This document shows positions 9,956 to 20,645 of a stretch of DNA of 64,000 nucleotides, one piece after another (the stretch's first letter is position 1; each line of letters starts with the position of its first letter). A program made the translations under genes and the position numbers. The stretch comes from an uncultured Actinomycetes bacterium (GTDB lineage Bacteria; Actinomycetota; Acidimicrobiia; IMCC26256; JACDBD01). The stretch lies in the NCBI GenBank assembly GCA_963747195.1, contig CAVVDV010000002.1, forward strand, positions 351,750-415,749, written 5' to 3'. The notes beneath the pieces were generated by a model that did no database searches, was not told the DNA's origin, and saw only the letters and a program-made list of their open reading frames with translations.

Positions 9956-10858
9956 ATGGCGACCCGCACGCGATCGTTCGGCGCCGGCAATCGCGAGTCG
10001 CACGACGCCGCCCCGTTCTACGAGCGTTTCACCGCACCCGAGCTGTCGGACGACGACACGGTCAACCCGTGCCGCGCCGCCGACTCGATCATCTGCGGTG
10101 ACGCTCGCGACATGCAGGCGGTCGACGACTGCTCGGTCGCGTTGGTGGTCACGTCGCCGCCGTACTTCGCCGGCAAGGAGTACGAGGCCGCCCTCGGCGA
10201 GGGGGGCGTGCCCGGTTCGTATCTCGAGTACCTGGCGATGCTGCGCGACGTGTTCGCCGAGTGCCGGCGGGTGCTCGAGCCCGGCGGGCGCATGGCGGTG
10301 AACGTGGCCAACCTCGGCCGCAAGCCGTACCGCTCCCTGGCCGGCGACGTCGTGCGCGTGCTCCAGGACGACCTCGCCCTCCTCCTCCGGGGCGAGATCG
10401 TCTGGCAGAAGGCCCGCGGCGCGACCGGCTCCATCGCGGTCGGCTCCTACCTCTCGGCCGCGAACCCGGTTCTGCGCGACGTGACCGAGCGCGTCGTCGT
10501 CGCCAGCAAGGGCCGCTTCGACCGGGCCGTGACCCGGGCGGAGCGCGAGCAACGAGGGCTTCCGTTCGAGAACACCATCTCGAAGGAGGAGTTCTTCGCG
10601 TCGACGATCGACGTGTGGGAGATCCGGCCCGAGCATGCCCGCCGGGTCGGCCACCCGGCGCCGTTCCCCGTCGAGCTCCCGGAACGACTGATCCAGCTCT
10701 ACACCTACCGGGGCGACGTCGTGCTCGACCCGTTCCTCGGCTCGGGGTCGACGGCGGTGGCGGCCGTCCGCACCGACCGGCGGTACGTCGGTTACGACAC
10801 CGACCCCGGGTACGTCGACCTCGCCGAGAGTCGCATCGCCGACGAACACGCCGCCTGA
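9956..10858 (+). CDS. Site-specific amino DNA methyltransferase (beta class), no adjacent nuclease
   Basis: VTSPPY catalytic motif precedes HPAPFPVELP and DPFLGSGST SAM-binding motif; AAGGAG RBS. Confidence 0.9.
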   Translation: MATRTRSFGAGNRESHDAAPFYERFTAPELSDDDTVNPCRAADSIICGDARDMQAVDDCSVALVVTSPPYFAGKEYEAALGEGGVPGSYLEYLAMLRDVFAECRRVLEPGGRMAVNVANLGRKPYRSLAGDVVRVLQDDLALLLRGEIVWQKARGATGSIAVGSYLSAANPVLRDVTERVVVASKGRFDRAVTRAEREQRGLPFENTISKEEFFASTIDVWEIRPEHARRVGHPAPFPVELPERLIQLYTYRGDVVLDPFLGSGSTAVAAVRTDRRYVGYDTDPGYVDLAESRIADEHAA

Positions 10859-10867
10859 TCCCGGCGG

Positions 10868-11712
10868 ATGGAGATCGCGCTCGGCGCACTCGTCGCGCTC
10901 GCCTACGGCAGCGGCGACTTCCTCGGCGGGATCTCGACCAAGCGTCTTCCGACCGTCACCGTGTTGCTCGTCTCGCAGTCGTTCGGTCTCGCGGCAGCCA
11001 TCGCTGCTCGTCGTCGCGCTCCGCGACGCGCCACCCCCCGCGCACATCTTTGTGCTGTCGGCGGCGTCCGGCGTCGTCCTTGTCATCGCTCTCGGATTGC
11101 TGTTCCGTGGCCTCGCGCTGGGCCGCATGAGCATCGTGGCGCCGCTCAGCGCGATCGGCGGCGGCGTGCTCCCCGTGGTGTGGGGTCTCCTGCGCGGCGA
11201 GCGCCCGTCCGGGCTCGCGCTGGCCGGCGTCGGCGTGGCGCTCGTCGCAGCCGCGATCGTCGGCGGGGGCGCGGAGCATGATCCCGCCGCGGCCATCTCG
11301 CCGCGGCTGGAGATGGCCCTCGGCGCCGGCGCCGGAGTGGGATTCGGTGTCGTCTTCATCTTGCTCGCCGAGAGCTCGAGCGGCTCGGGGATGTGGCCGG
11401 TGTTCATCGCCCGGTGCGTGTCGGTGCCGCTGCTCGCGGTCGTGTCCGTAGTGCTCGGCCGTTCGCCCCGCGTACGCGCGCGCCGACATTGCACCGGTCG
11501 CCGGTGCCGGTTTGTGCGACGTAGGCGCGAACGCGCTCGTCATCCTCGCCGTGCGGCGCGGGCTCCTGTCGCTCGTCGCGCCGGTCGCGTCGCTGTATCC
11601 CGCGACCACCGTCGTGCTCGCCCGGTTCGTCCTGCACGAGCGGATCGGACGGCAGCGAGCCGCCGGCCTTGCGTTGGGGCTCGTCGGGCTGGCACTGATC
11701 GCGACCCGCTGA
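10868..11712 (+). CDS. EamA/DMT family transporter (two frameshifts)
   Basis: AYGSGDFLGG, GRMSIVAPLSA, SLYPATTVVLARFVLHERI. Confidence 0.8.
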
Positions 11713-11738
11713 GTCCTTCGCCGTCGCCCACCCGTAGC

Positions 11739-12512
11739 ATGTGCCGCGTGTTCGGGGTGTCGCCGTCGAACGTCAACATTCTCGTCGCCTTCGGCGGCGG
11801 GATCATCTCGTTCCTCTCGCCGTGCGTGCTGCCGATCGTGCCCGGCTACCTGAGCCTCGTCACCGGGCTGACGATGGGCGAGCTCGAGGCGCCCGACGCG
11901 CGCCGCCTCACCCGTATCGCCGTCAACACCGGGCTCTTCGTGCTCGGCTTCACGCTCGTGTTCGTCGCGCTGTTCCTGACGACGTGGTCGGTGAGCGATG
12001 TCGTGTTCCGCAACCAGGAGACGCTCACGCGCGTGTCGGGCGCGCTCGTGCTGCTGATGGCGCTCTACCTGGCCGGCTCGCAGCTGCTCACGACGCCTCG
12101 CCTGTACCAGGAGTTCCGCTTCCATCCCCACCTCGAGCGGTTCGGTCCGTTCGCGGCGCCGGTGGCCGGCGCCGCCTTCGGGCTCGGCTGGACGCCGTGC
12201 ATCGGGCCCGTGCTCGCCGCCGTGCTGGCCGTGGCCAACGCGCAGGGGGAGACCGCGAGGGGAGCGTCGCTGCTCATCGCGTACTCGCTCGGCCTCGGCC
12301 TCCCGTTCCTGCTCGTCGGGCTGGGCGTGGGCCGCTTCGCACCCGCGCTCAACTGGGTGAAGCGCCACTCGCGCGCGATCACGCTCGTATCGGCGGCGTT
12401 GCTCGCCGTCTTCGGTTTGATCCTGCTCCTCGACCGGCTCCCGCTCGTGACGGCCCGATTGCAGGACGCGTTGCGCGCCATCGGGCTCGCCCGGCTCGTC
12501 AACATCGGATAG
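11739..12512 (+). CDS. ccdA: Cytochrome c biogenesis protein CcdA (start may be 11748 or 11757)
   Basis: SFLSPCVLPIVPGY, FGLGWTPCIGPVL, YSLGLGLPF. Confidence 0.9.
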   Translation: MCRVFGVSPSNVNILVAFGGGIISFLSPCVLPIVPGYLSLVTGLTMGELEAPDARRLTRIAVNTGLFVLGFTLVFVALFLTTWSVSDVVFRNQETLTRVSGALVLLMALYLAGSQLLTTPRLYQEFRFHPHLERFGPFAAPVAGAAFGLGWTPCIGPVLAAVLAVANAQGETARGASLLIAYSLGLGLPFLLVGLGVGRFAPALNWVKRHSRAITLVSAALLAVFGLILLLDRLPLVTARLQDALRAIGLARLVNIG

Positions 12513-12522
12513 GCGAACGCGT

Positions 12523-13299
12523 ATGGCCGGAACCGTTCTCTACGAACTCGACGGGCACGTCGCCACGATCACCTACAACCGGCCCGACGCGCGCAACGCG
12601 ATCAACGCCGAGCTCCGCCAGGACCTCAACGCGGCGTGGGAGCGGTTCCGCGACGACGAGGACGCGTGGGTCGGCATCGTCACCGGCGCGGGCGACTCGT
12701 TCTGCGCCGGCGCCGACATGCGGGACGCCGGCGGATCGGCCGGCACCTGGCCGGGCTCGTTCTGGGAGATCCCCACCATCAATTCCTATGAAAGTGGGCT
12801 GGAGGTCTGGAAGCCGACGATCGCAGCCGTGAACGGCTACTGCCTCGGGTACGGCCTCACGCTCGTCACGCGCTGCGACTTCGTCATAGCCGCCGACGAC
12901 GCTCAGTTCGGCTTTCCCGAAGTCCGCCTCGGCGTGCCGACGATCGTCGGTGCCTTGCGACTGCCCGATCGTGTCGGCTGGTCCAACGCCATGGAGCTGC
13001 TCCTGACGGGCGACCGCGTCGACGCGTGGCGCGCACAGGAGATAGGCCTCGCGTGGAAGGTCGTGCCGCGCCCGGAGCTCATGGGCGAGGCGCGTCGCCT
13101 GGCCGACCGGCTCCTGCAGGCGGCGCCGCTCGCGGCCAGGGCGACGAAGGAGGTCGCGGCCCGAGGCCGGTACCTCCCGTGGGTGGAGGCGGTGCGCTTC
13201 GGCGAGACGATGCGCCGCGTCGCCGCCGCCACCGAGGATGCGACCGAAGGCTGGACGGCAGCGCGCGAACACCGGCCACCGGACTGGCAAGGCCGCTAG
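12523..13299 (+). CDS. Enoyl-CoA hydratase/isomerase (crotonase) family
   Basis: NRPDARNA, FCAGADM, KPTIAAVNGYCLG, FGFPEV. Confidence 0.9.
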   Translation: MAGTVLYELDGHVATITYNRPDARNAINAELRQDLNAAWERFRDDEDAWVGIVTGAGDSFCAGADMRDAGGSAGTWPGSFWEIPTINSYESGLEVWKPTIAAVNGYCLGYGLTLVTRCDFVIAADDAQFGFPEVRLGVPTIVGALRLPDRVGWSNAMELLLTGDRVDAWRAQEIGLAWKVVPRPELMGEARRLADRLLQAAPLAARATKEVAARGRYLPWVEAVRFGETMRRVAAATEDATEGWTAAREHRPPDWQGR

Positions 13300-13307
13300 G
13301 GCACTAC

Positions 13308-13929
13308 CTACGTGCGGTCGACGGGCCCTTTCTCGGAGGACCACCGCCACGTGACCGAGATGCGCGGCCCGGCGCGCTTCACCTTGGGCACCGCGTGCTC
13401 CCATCCGACCTGGGTGCGGCCGCCCATCACGAGCAGGTCGCCCGACGCGGGGGAGATGTCGCTGCGACTTGCCACCGCCGCGGGGTCGGAGCAGGAACGG
13501 GCGCTGCGCGCCGAGCGTGACGATCGCGATCAGCGTGTCGTCGAGGTGACGCAGCTCGCGGTCGCGATGGGGCGCGACGCTGTCGCGGCCGTCCCGGTAG
13601 TAGTTGAGGCCGATCCCGCCCAACGGGACGTCGTAGTGCTCTTCGAGCGCGGACCGCACGGGTGCGAGGGCGGGATGCGGCAGCGGCTCGTCGGTTGAGA
13701 TCCAGCACGACAGGCGCGGGTCGTCGACCATGCGCTCGTACATCCAGCGCCGATGCTGTTGCCAGTCGACGGACTCGATGAGCGCGTCGAGCAGGGTGTC
13801 GGAGCCGTGGAGCCAGCCCCGCGCGACGTCGACCCACGACGCGTCGTCGAGCCACAGGCGCTCGAACGGCACGGTCGGGTCGACGGCCGGGTCGCCCACG
13901 CCGAGCAGGGAAGTCTGGTACGCGCTCAC
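13308..13929 (-). CDS. AlkB-like 2OG-Fe(II) dioxygenase (frameshift ~13465)
   Basis: NYYRDGRDSVAPHRD, IVTLGAQRPF, GDLLVMGG, WEHAVPK, RISVTWR. Confidence 0.85.
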
Positions 13930-13981
13930 AGACACACAAGCGTACCGTGGGCGAACACGTGTTCGCCAAGGAGGAGGCGCC

Positions 13982-14482
13982 ATGCCGGAACCGCCCGCCA
14001 GCCGCCCGTTCATGCCGGGCTACGGGGTCGCCGGCCCGACCGAGGGCCGCGGGCTGTTGCCGTGGTCGTGGGCCGAGGAGCGCCTCACCAAATCCCACGA
14101 CTACTGGGTGTCCACCGTCCGGGCCGACGGCCGGCCGCACCTGATGCCGGTCTGGGCCGTCTGGGACGGCGGCGCGCTGTGGTTCAGCAGCAGCCTGGGG
14201 TCGAGCAAGGCGCGCAACCTCGCCGCCGATCCGCGCTGCTCGATCGCGACCGACAACGCCTGGGAGCCGGTCGTGCTCGAGGGCACTGCCCACGTCGTCA
14301 CGGACCACGACGCCCTGGCCCGCTTCATCGGACTCGAGAACGACAAGTACGAGACCGACTACGGCGTCGACTTCCTCGACCCGGCCGTGAACGCGACCTT
14401 CCGGGTCGCACCGTCCTGGGTGTTCAGCCTCACCGAGGACGACTTCACGGGCTCGCCGACCCGCTGGTCGTTCAGCCCGTAG
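13982..14482 (+). CDS. Pyridoxamine 5'-phosphate oxidase-like split-barrel flavin/F420-binding protein
   Basis: YWVSTVRADGRPHLMPVW, KARNLAADPRC; GGAGGAGG RBS. Confidence 0.85.
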   Translation: MPEPPASRPFMPGYGVAGPTEGRGLLPWSWAEERLTKSHDYWVSTVRADGRPHLMPVWAVWDGGALWFSSSLGSSKARNLAADPRCSIATDNAWEPVVLEGTAHVVTDHDALARFIGLENDKYETDYGVDFLDPAVNATFRVAPSWVFSLTEDDFTGSPTRWSFSP

Positions 14483-14485
14483 CGA

Positions 14486-16064
14486 CTAGAGCCGCGGCGG
14501 CAGCACGGCCTCGATGAGGTGCGGGCCGGGCTCGGCGAGCGCCCGCTCGAGCGCGGTGACGAGCTCCTCGGCGGTCGTCGGCCCGCGCGGCCGGCACGCC
14601 CATGCCCCTGCGCCAGCGCGACGAAGTCGAGGTCGGGGCGCGTGAGGTCGAGCATGTCGCGCGCCTTGCGGGCCGGGCGCCTCGGCGCCGACCCGGTTCA
14701 GCTCCATGTTGAGGATCGCGTAGGAGCGGTTGTTGAAGATCACGGTGGTGACGTCGAGGCCCTCGCGGGCCTGCGTCCACAGCGACTGCAGCGTGTACAT
14801 CGCGCTGCCGTCGGCCTCGAGGCACGACGACCTTGCGGTCGGGGCACGCGACCGCGGCGCCGGTCGCCGACGGGCAGCCCTGGCCGATCGCGCCGCCGGT
14901 GAGGGTCAGCCAGTCGTGGCGGCGGCGCGCCCGCGGTCGCGCCGGCGACGAACAGAGCCCGACGTGTTGCGCCTCGTCGGACGACGATCGCGCCCTCGGG
15001 CAGCAGCGCGCCGACGGCGTCGGCGACCGTCTCGGCGGTGAGCGCGCCGGTCGGCCGGTCGGGCCGCGACGCCGGCTGCGAGCGCGCGGCGTCGGCCGCG
15101 ACGCCGACCGCGTCGGCCAGCGCGCGCGAGCGCGCCGACGGCGTCGTCGGCGCCGGCCGGCGAGCACGTGCACCTCGCAGCCCGTCGGGCACGAGGTCGC
15201 TCGGCTTGTCCGGGATAGGCGAAGAACGACACCGGCGCCTTGGCGTCGACGAGCACGAGGTGGCGCAGCCCGTCGAGCTGCGCCGGCGAACTCGGCGAGG
15301 TAGCCGAGGCGCTCGACGGCGGGACGCCCGGCGCCGCGCTCGAGGCGGGCCGGGAACGTCTCGGCCAGCAGCTTGGCGCCGGTGGCGTCGGCGATCGCGG
15401 CTGGCGGCGACGAGGCCGCGCCTCGCGCAGCGCGCGTGCCGCCGAGAGCAGCGCGGCCGGCTCGCCGCGAGCGCAGCACCTTGGCGACGTCGCGTCGACC
15501 GCGTCGTCGGCCGACCGGCGCGCGGCGCGGCGACGGGCCGCGGCGCGGCCGGCCCGGCGCCGTCGAGCCACGAGACGTCGGCGGGCAGGATCAGCGTGGC
15601 GACCTGGCCGGGCGGGCCGTGCGCCGCGGCGACCGCCTCGGCGGCGTCGGCGGCCGACGTCGTCGGGCGTCGCCGACGAGCGGATCCAGCCCGACACGTT
15701 GCGCGCCGACGCGTCTCGATGTCGGACTCGAGCGGCGCGTCGTACTGCTTGTGGTAGGTGGCGTGGTCGCCGACGATGTTGACGATCGGCGTGTGGGCCC
15801 GGCGGGCGTTGTGCAGGTTGGCGAGGCCGTTGCCGAGGCCCGGGGCCGAGGTGCAGCAGCGTCGCCGCCGGGCGGTCGGCCATGCGGCCGTAGCCGTCGG
15901 CGGCGCCGGTGGCCACGCCTTCGAACAGCGCCGAGCACGCCGCGCATCTCGGGGACGTCGTCGAGCGCGGCGACGAAGTGCATCTCCGAGGTGCCCGGGT
16001 TCGTGAAGCAGACGTCGACGCCGGCGTCGACGAGCGTGCGGATGAGGGCCTGGGCGCCGTTCAT
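14486..16064 (-). CDS. Acetolactate synthase large subunit-like TPP enzyme (heavily frameshifted)
   Basis: [69 protein letters not shown]. Confidence 0.8.
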
Positions 16065-17480
16065 GGTCGTGCCTCCGGTCGGCGTCGAGTCGAAGATGGT
16101 GCCGGGGTTGAGGATGCCGTGCGGGTCGAACGCGGCCTTGATGCGGCGCATGAGGTCGAGCTTCGCCGGGTCCTCGAGCTCGAGGAAGTACCGCTGCTTC
16201 TCGGTGCCGATGCCGTGCTCGCCCGAGATGGCGCCGCCGAGCGCCATGCCCGCCGCGAACAGCTCGTGCAGCACGCTCGTAGCGCACCTCGGGGTCGGGC
16301 TGGAACACCGACAGGTGCACGTTGCCGTCGCCGGCGTGGCCGCAGCCCGGCGATCCAGCGAGCCGGTCGTCTGCCGCGAGCTCGCGCGACCGCGGCCATG
16401 AACTCGGGGATCGGCGGCGCGGGGCACGACGATGTCGACGATGTCGTCGGCGCCGTTGGCCTTGGCGACCCAGAACGCCTTCTCGCGGGCGTCGATGAGC
16501 TGCGTCGCCGGCGCCGCGGCGGCAGCACGTAGACGTCGAGCGCGCCGAGCTCGGCGAGCAGCTCGGCCGAGCGCCTGCGACGTCCTCGTCGAGCCGGTCG
16601 TCGTGCGTGTTCTCGAGCACCACGACGAGGTAGGCGAGCGCGCGTGTCCTTGATCTCGTGCGGGGATGCCGAGGTCGAGGCCGACGTGCGCGCGTGATCG
16701 CCGCCATCGTGAGCATGTCGATGTACTCGAGGATCAGCGGGCCGACGCCGCTCGCGACGATCGCGGGCACCGCGCGCGGTCACCGTCGTCGAGCGTGGCG
16801 AACGGCGCGAGCACGGTGGCCTGGTGCGCGGGCCGCGGGTAGAGCTTGAGCGTCGCCTCGGTGACGAGCGCGAGCGTGCCCTCGGAGCCGATGATGAGCT
16901 GGGTGAGGTCGTAGCCGGTCGTGGCCTTCACGAACTTGCCGCCGGTGCGGATCACCTCGCCGGTCGGCGAGCACGGCTTCGAGGCCGAGCACCTGGTGGC
17001 GGGTGACGCCGTACTTCACCGCGCGCATGCCGCCGGCGTTGGTGGCGACGTTGCCGCCGAGGCTGGCGCTGTACTCGCCCGGGAACACCGGGTAGACGAG
17101 GCCGTGCGCGGCGGTCGCCTCGTCGAGCTGGTCGAGGGTGACGCCGGGCTGCACGACGGCGACGTGGTTCTCGGTGTCGATCTCGAGGATCTCGGTTCAT
17201 GCGCTCGAACGACACGACGATGCCGCCGGCGGCGGGGATGCACGCGCCCGACAGCCCGGTGCCCGCTGCCGCGGGCGGTGACCGGGATGCCCGTGCTCGT
17301 TCGCGAGCCGCAGCACCGCGGCGACCTCGGCGGTGGTCGCCGGGCGCACCACGAACGCCGGCGTGTCGCGGCGTGGCGGTGAGCGCCTCGTCGTGGGCGT
17401 AGTCGTCGCTGATCGTCGTCGCCGGTCAGGACGTGCTCGGGCGACACCACGTCGCCGAGCAGCGCGGCGATGTCGGCCAC
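16061..17480 (-). CDS. FAD-linked oxidase, GlcD/D-lactate dehydrogenase type (heavily frameshifted; 3' end approximate)
   Basis: [54 protein letters not shown]. Confidence 0.8.
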
Positions 17481-17481
17481 G

Positions 17482-18018
17482 TCAGGGCCGCCGGCCCAGG
17501 AAGCAGAGGAGCTCGACCTGGGCGTCAGCGTCCGGCGGCGGCTCGACTTTCGGCCCGAAGCTGCCCGACTTGCGCAGCGCTTCGTCGTTCGGCTTCAGGC
17601 GCTCGAGCAGGATGGCGGCGACCTCGGGACTGAGTCGTTCGTCGCCGCCTGTGGCACGTGCGAGGTCCCACGTGTGGACGTGGAGGTCGGACAAGCGGGG
17701 GATGAGCGCCATCTCCACCGGTACCTCGTTGCCTCCCATGCCTCGCATCGTCCTCTCGAGGACGCCGGGCTCGCGCAAGACCGTGAGCGCGCCGTCGCGG
17801 ACGGCGTTCCACGTCGCCCGCACATCCGCGCCGTCGTCGTCGACTACCACGCCGAGGCCCTCGGGGAGTTGCCGCTGGATGGCGATCACGTGGTCGACGA
17901 GCTCGCGCACGCTCCAATCGGTGCAGGGCGTCGGGTTCGCCCACTGGTCGTCGGTCACGGCGTCGAGGCGGGCGGTGAAGCCGGTGGCGGCCTCGTCGTA
18001 CCGGTCGATGATGTCCAT
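17482..18018 (-). CDS. TIGR03086-type DinB/maleylpyruvate isomerase-family metal-binding protein
   Basis: PTPCTDWSVRELVDH, VHTWDLARATG, LLCFLGR. Confidence 0.85.
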   Translation of the reverse strand: MDIIDRYDEAATGFTARLDAVTDDQWANPTPCTDWSVRELVDHVIAIQRQLPEGLGVVVDDDGADVRATWNAVRDGALTVLREPGVLERTMRGMGGNEVPVEMALIPRLSDLHVHTWDLARATGGDERLSPEVAAILLERLKPNDEALRKSGSFGPKVEPPPDADAQVELLCFLGRRP

Positions 18019-18103
18019 GAGCCCATCATTCCAAAGCGGACAACGCCCCCGCGCCGGCCGCCCAGCCGCAGTTCAGGAGCCCTCTGGTACCGTGGTGTTG
18101 CGG

Positions 18104-18180
<77 letters not shown>

Positions 18181-18195
18181 TCGAAGCAGCAGGTC

Positions 18196-18221
18196 AGGGC
18201 CGGTGCGGAAGCGCCGGCCCT
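18196..18221 (+). terminator. GC-rich hairpin downstream of tRNA
   Basis: agggccggtgc-ggaa-gcgccggccct. Confidence 0.55.
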
Positions 18222-18289
18222 CTGCGCGCCACGGCCCGGGGTGGCTCTCCTCGAGTGACCGTGCCAGGCGCCACAGAGAGAGCTGGCAG

Positions 18290-19363
18290 CTAGTGGTGTT
18301 CGTGCTCGCGCCCATCGGCGTGGTGTGCCAGGACTGTGTGCGGGTCTTGCCCAGGACTCGGTGCGGGGCTGGGGTGCACGATTACCGTCTGGACTCGCGG
18401 CACTTGGTGGAGCAACTGGTGCTCGACTTGGTGGGCGACGTCATGGGCGGCGGCCAGTGACCTGTCGGCGGCGACAGTGATGTCCGCCTCGACGTGGAGG
18501 CGATGACCGACCCATCGCAGCCGCAATTGATTGAGTCCGATGACGCCGGGGGTCGATTCCACTACGTGTGTCACGTCTCGGTAGAGCTCGGGATCGACGG
18601 CATCGAGCAGTCGACGAAAGACCAGGCGGATAGCTCTGCGCAGCACGCCCGCGATGGCGATCATGATCAGCAATCCTGCTATCGGGTCGGCGGCCTGCCA
18701 CCCGAGCGCTACGCCGATGACGCCGGCGACGACTGCGAGTGAGGTCAGCCCGTCGGTGCGCGCGTGCAGCCCGTCGGCGACCAAGGCGGCAGACCCGATG
18801 CGACGTCCAGTGCGGATGCGCAGCTGGGCCGCGATCTCGTTGCCGACGAAGCCGATGACACCAGCGGCCGCCACGATGATCAGGTGGTCCACTGTGCGGG
18901 GGTTGATGAGTCGGTCGATTGCTTCGTAGCCGGCGGCGAAGGCCGAGACGGCGATCACCAACACGACGACGACTCCGGCGAGGTCTTCGACGCGGCCGTA
19001 TCCGTAGGTAAAGCGTTCGTTGGGTGCTCGTCTCCCGAGCCGAAAGGCGATCCACAGCGGCACGGCGGTCAGCGCATCGGCGAAGTTGTGCACCGTGTCG
19101 CCAAGCAGGGCGATCGAGCCCGAGAACACGACCACGACGGCTTGGGCGATCGCAGTCACGCCAAGGACCACCAGGGAGCCGGCCAGGGCTCGGGTGCCTT
19201 CTACGGATCCTTCGAGGGTGCTGTCGACCTGCTGGGCCGGGTCGTGGGTGTGTCCCTGAAGGAGGTCGCGAAGCCGGGACTTCAGGCCGTGACCATGGCC
19301 ATGCGGATTGTCGTGGTGATGCTCACTGGCGTGATCGTGATCGTGGTGCTGCGACGTGTTCAT
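18290..19363 (-). CDS. Cation diffusion facilitator transporter with His-rich N-terminus
   Basis: SIALLGDTVHNFAD, TYGYGRVEDL, SAALVADGLHARTD, C-terminal dimerisation domain. Confidence 0.92.
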   Translation of the reverse strand: MNTSQHHDHDHASEHHHDNPHGHGHGLKSRLRDLLQGHTHDPAQQVDSTLEGSVEGTRALAGSLVVLGVTAIAQAVVVVFSGSIALLGDTVHNFADALTAVPLWIAFRLGRRAPNERFTYGYGRVEDLAGVVVVLVIAVSAFAAGYEAIDRLINPRTVDHLIIVAAAGVIGFVGNEIAAQLRIRTGRRIGSAALVADGLHARTDGLTSLAVVAGVIGVALGWQAADPIAGLLIMIAIAGVLRRAIRLVFRRLLDAVDPELYRDVTHVVESTPGVIGLNQLRLRWVGHRLHVEADITVAADRSLAAAHDVAHQVEHQLLHQVPRVQTVIVHPSPAPSPGQDPHTVLAHHADGREHEHH

Positions 19364-19462
19364 GGCACCGCCAGCGCTGGGGCTAATCCTGTATTGATTT
19401 TCTCACGATTCTTCGCTGAAGACGTACCGCTGCAGTACTTCGAACTGGCGGTCGTACTGCAC

Positions 19463-19822
19463 TCAGATCGTGACGACATTGACCACCAAGGCGATACCGG
19501 TCAGGAGCGCTCGAAGCTTGGCGAACCGATTGGGATCGGCCGGAGGGTGCACGCTCGCGTAGATCCCGAGCAGGATGTACGTGACGGCGGGTGCCAGAAC
19601 GTCGTTGGCGCTGAAATTCGGGACGCCGTCGTTGTTGAGCTGTGGCATGTTGGCGCACAGTCGATAACCGAACGTGGCGAGGGCGGCGACCGCGCAGACT
19701 GCCCCGATGGTCACGGCGGATCGGGGCCGCAGCAGCCAATAGGCGGCGGGCACGGAGAGGACGCCGATGATGACGGCGGTTGTGCCGATGTGGGCCGTTG
19801 AGAACGTGGTTGTCGCCAGCAC
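19463..19822 (-). CDS. Small multi-pass membrane protein of unknown function
   Basis: 119 aa, about 4 hydrophobic segments, AGGAG RBS. Confidence 0.7.
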   Translation of the reverse strand: MLATTTFSTAHIGTTAVIIGVLSVPAAYWLLRPRSAVTIGAVCAVAALATFGYRLCANMPQLNNDGVPNFSANDVLAPAVTYILLGIYASVHPPADPNRFAKLRALLTGIALVVNVVTI

Positions 19823-20037
19823 GGTGGGTCTCCTGTTCGTCTTGAGCGACAGCTAGGACGCTTTGGGCGGTAGCAGCCGCTTGGTTCATCACATGTTGCC
19901 GGCGTGGCCGCGCGAGTATCGGCCGGGCTCGGGCCATACGGCGAGACCGTGGGCTTAGCGCCGCTCAGACCACGATCCACCTCGATCGTGATCGAGACTC
20001 GTCGTGACGGCGCGGGTCTGCAGCGTCTCCGATTGGC

Positions 20038-20238
20038 TCAGGCTGCGACGAATAGGCGTCCGGTTTCGACGACAACGCCGACCAGGAAGACGACCGAGAG
20101 CGCGTAACACGTCGCTTTACTCAGGTAAGAGCCGACGGTGCCGAGTTCTGGGCGCAGGTCGATCCTGACCATCACCTGCATGAAAAACAGCATCAGCAGG
20201 CACAGACTGGCGGCGTACAGCGACGAGGCGAATGCCAT
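20038..20238 (-). CDS. Small 2-TM hypothetical protein (66 aa)
   Basis: AAGGAGG RBS overlapping the upstream stop; MAFASSLYAASLCLLMLFF... with two hydrophobic stretches. Confidence 0.55.
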   Translation of the reverse strand: MAFASSLYAASLCLLMLFFMQVMVRIDLRPELGTVGSYLSKATCYALSVVFLVGVVVETGRLFVAA

Positions 20239-20249
20239 GGCAACCTCCT

Positions 20250-20633
20250 TTAGAGGACGAAAATGTCGACGATGAGCGTGGCGATACCAGCGGTGGCGGC
20301 CATGCCGATCACGCGACCAGCGGGTTGCGCGTGGTCGACGATCAGCCCGAGCAAGAGCGCGACCGCGACGAAGACGAGCACGCCACTGCCGGCGTCCTGC
20401 CAGCTGACGAGCACGCCGGGGGCGTCGACGTCGAAACCGTTGGCGTGGGTGGCGTGCAGCGTGAAGTTCCAGGCCAGCCATCCGCTCGCTGTTCCGACGG
20501 CGGCCGCGATGAGGCGAGGGGGCGTTCGGGTCGCCGGTCGCACCGCAAAGACCGCCGTGACCACGGCGGTGGCAAGCGCCGCGGTCCAGAGGATCTCACT
20601 CGGATCGAACACGGTCATCGCAAGGAAGTGCAC
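20250..20633 (-). CDS. Small multi-pass membrane protein of unknown function
   Basis: 127 aa, about 4 hydrophobic segments, GAGGAG RBS. Confidence 0.72.
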   Translation of the reverse strand: MHFLAMTVFDPSEILWTAALATAVVTAVFAVRPATRTPPRLIAAAVGTASGWLAWNFTLHATHANGFDVDAPGVLVSWQDAGSGVLVFVAVALLLGLIVDHAQPAGRVIGMAATAGIATLIVDIFVL

Positions 20634-20645
20634 TCGTGCGCTCCT

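Noticed and set aside
11052..12512. 486-aa DMT-CcdA fusion ORF
   Set aside because: The DMT C-terminus is in another frame and stops at 11712; the read-through comes from a frameshift.
15591..16427. FAD oxidase reading in frame into the TPP enzyme
   Set aside because: It lies in the most error-rich segment; an ATGA-type junction at 16061-16064 suggests separate genes.
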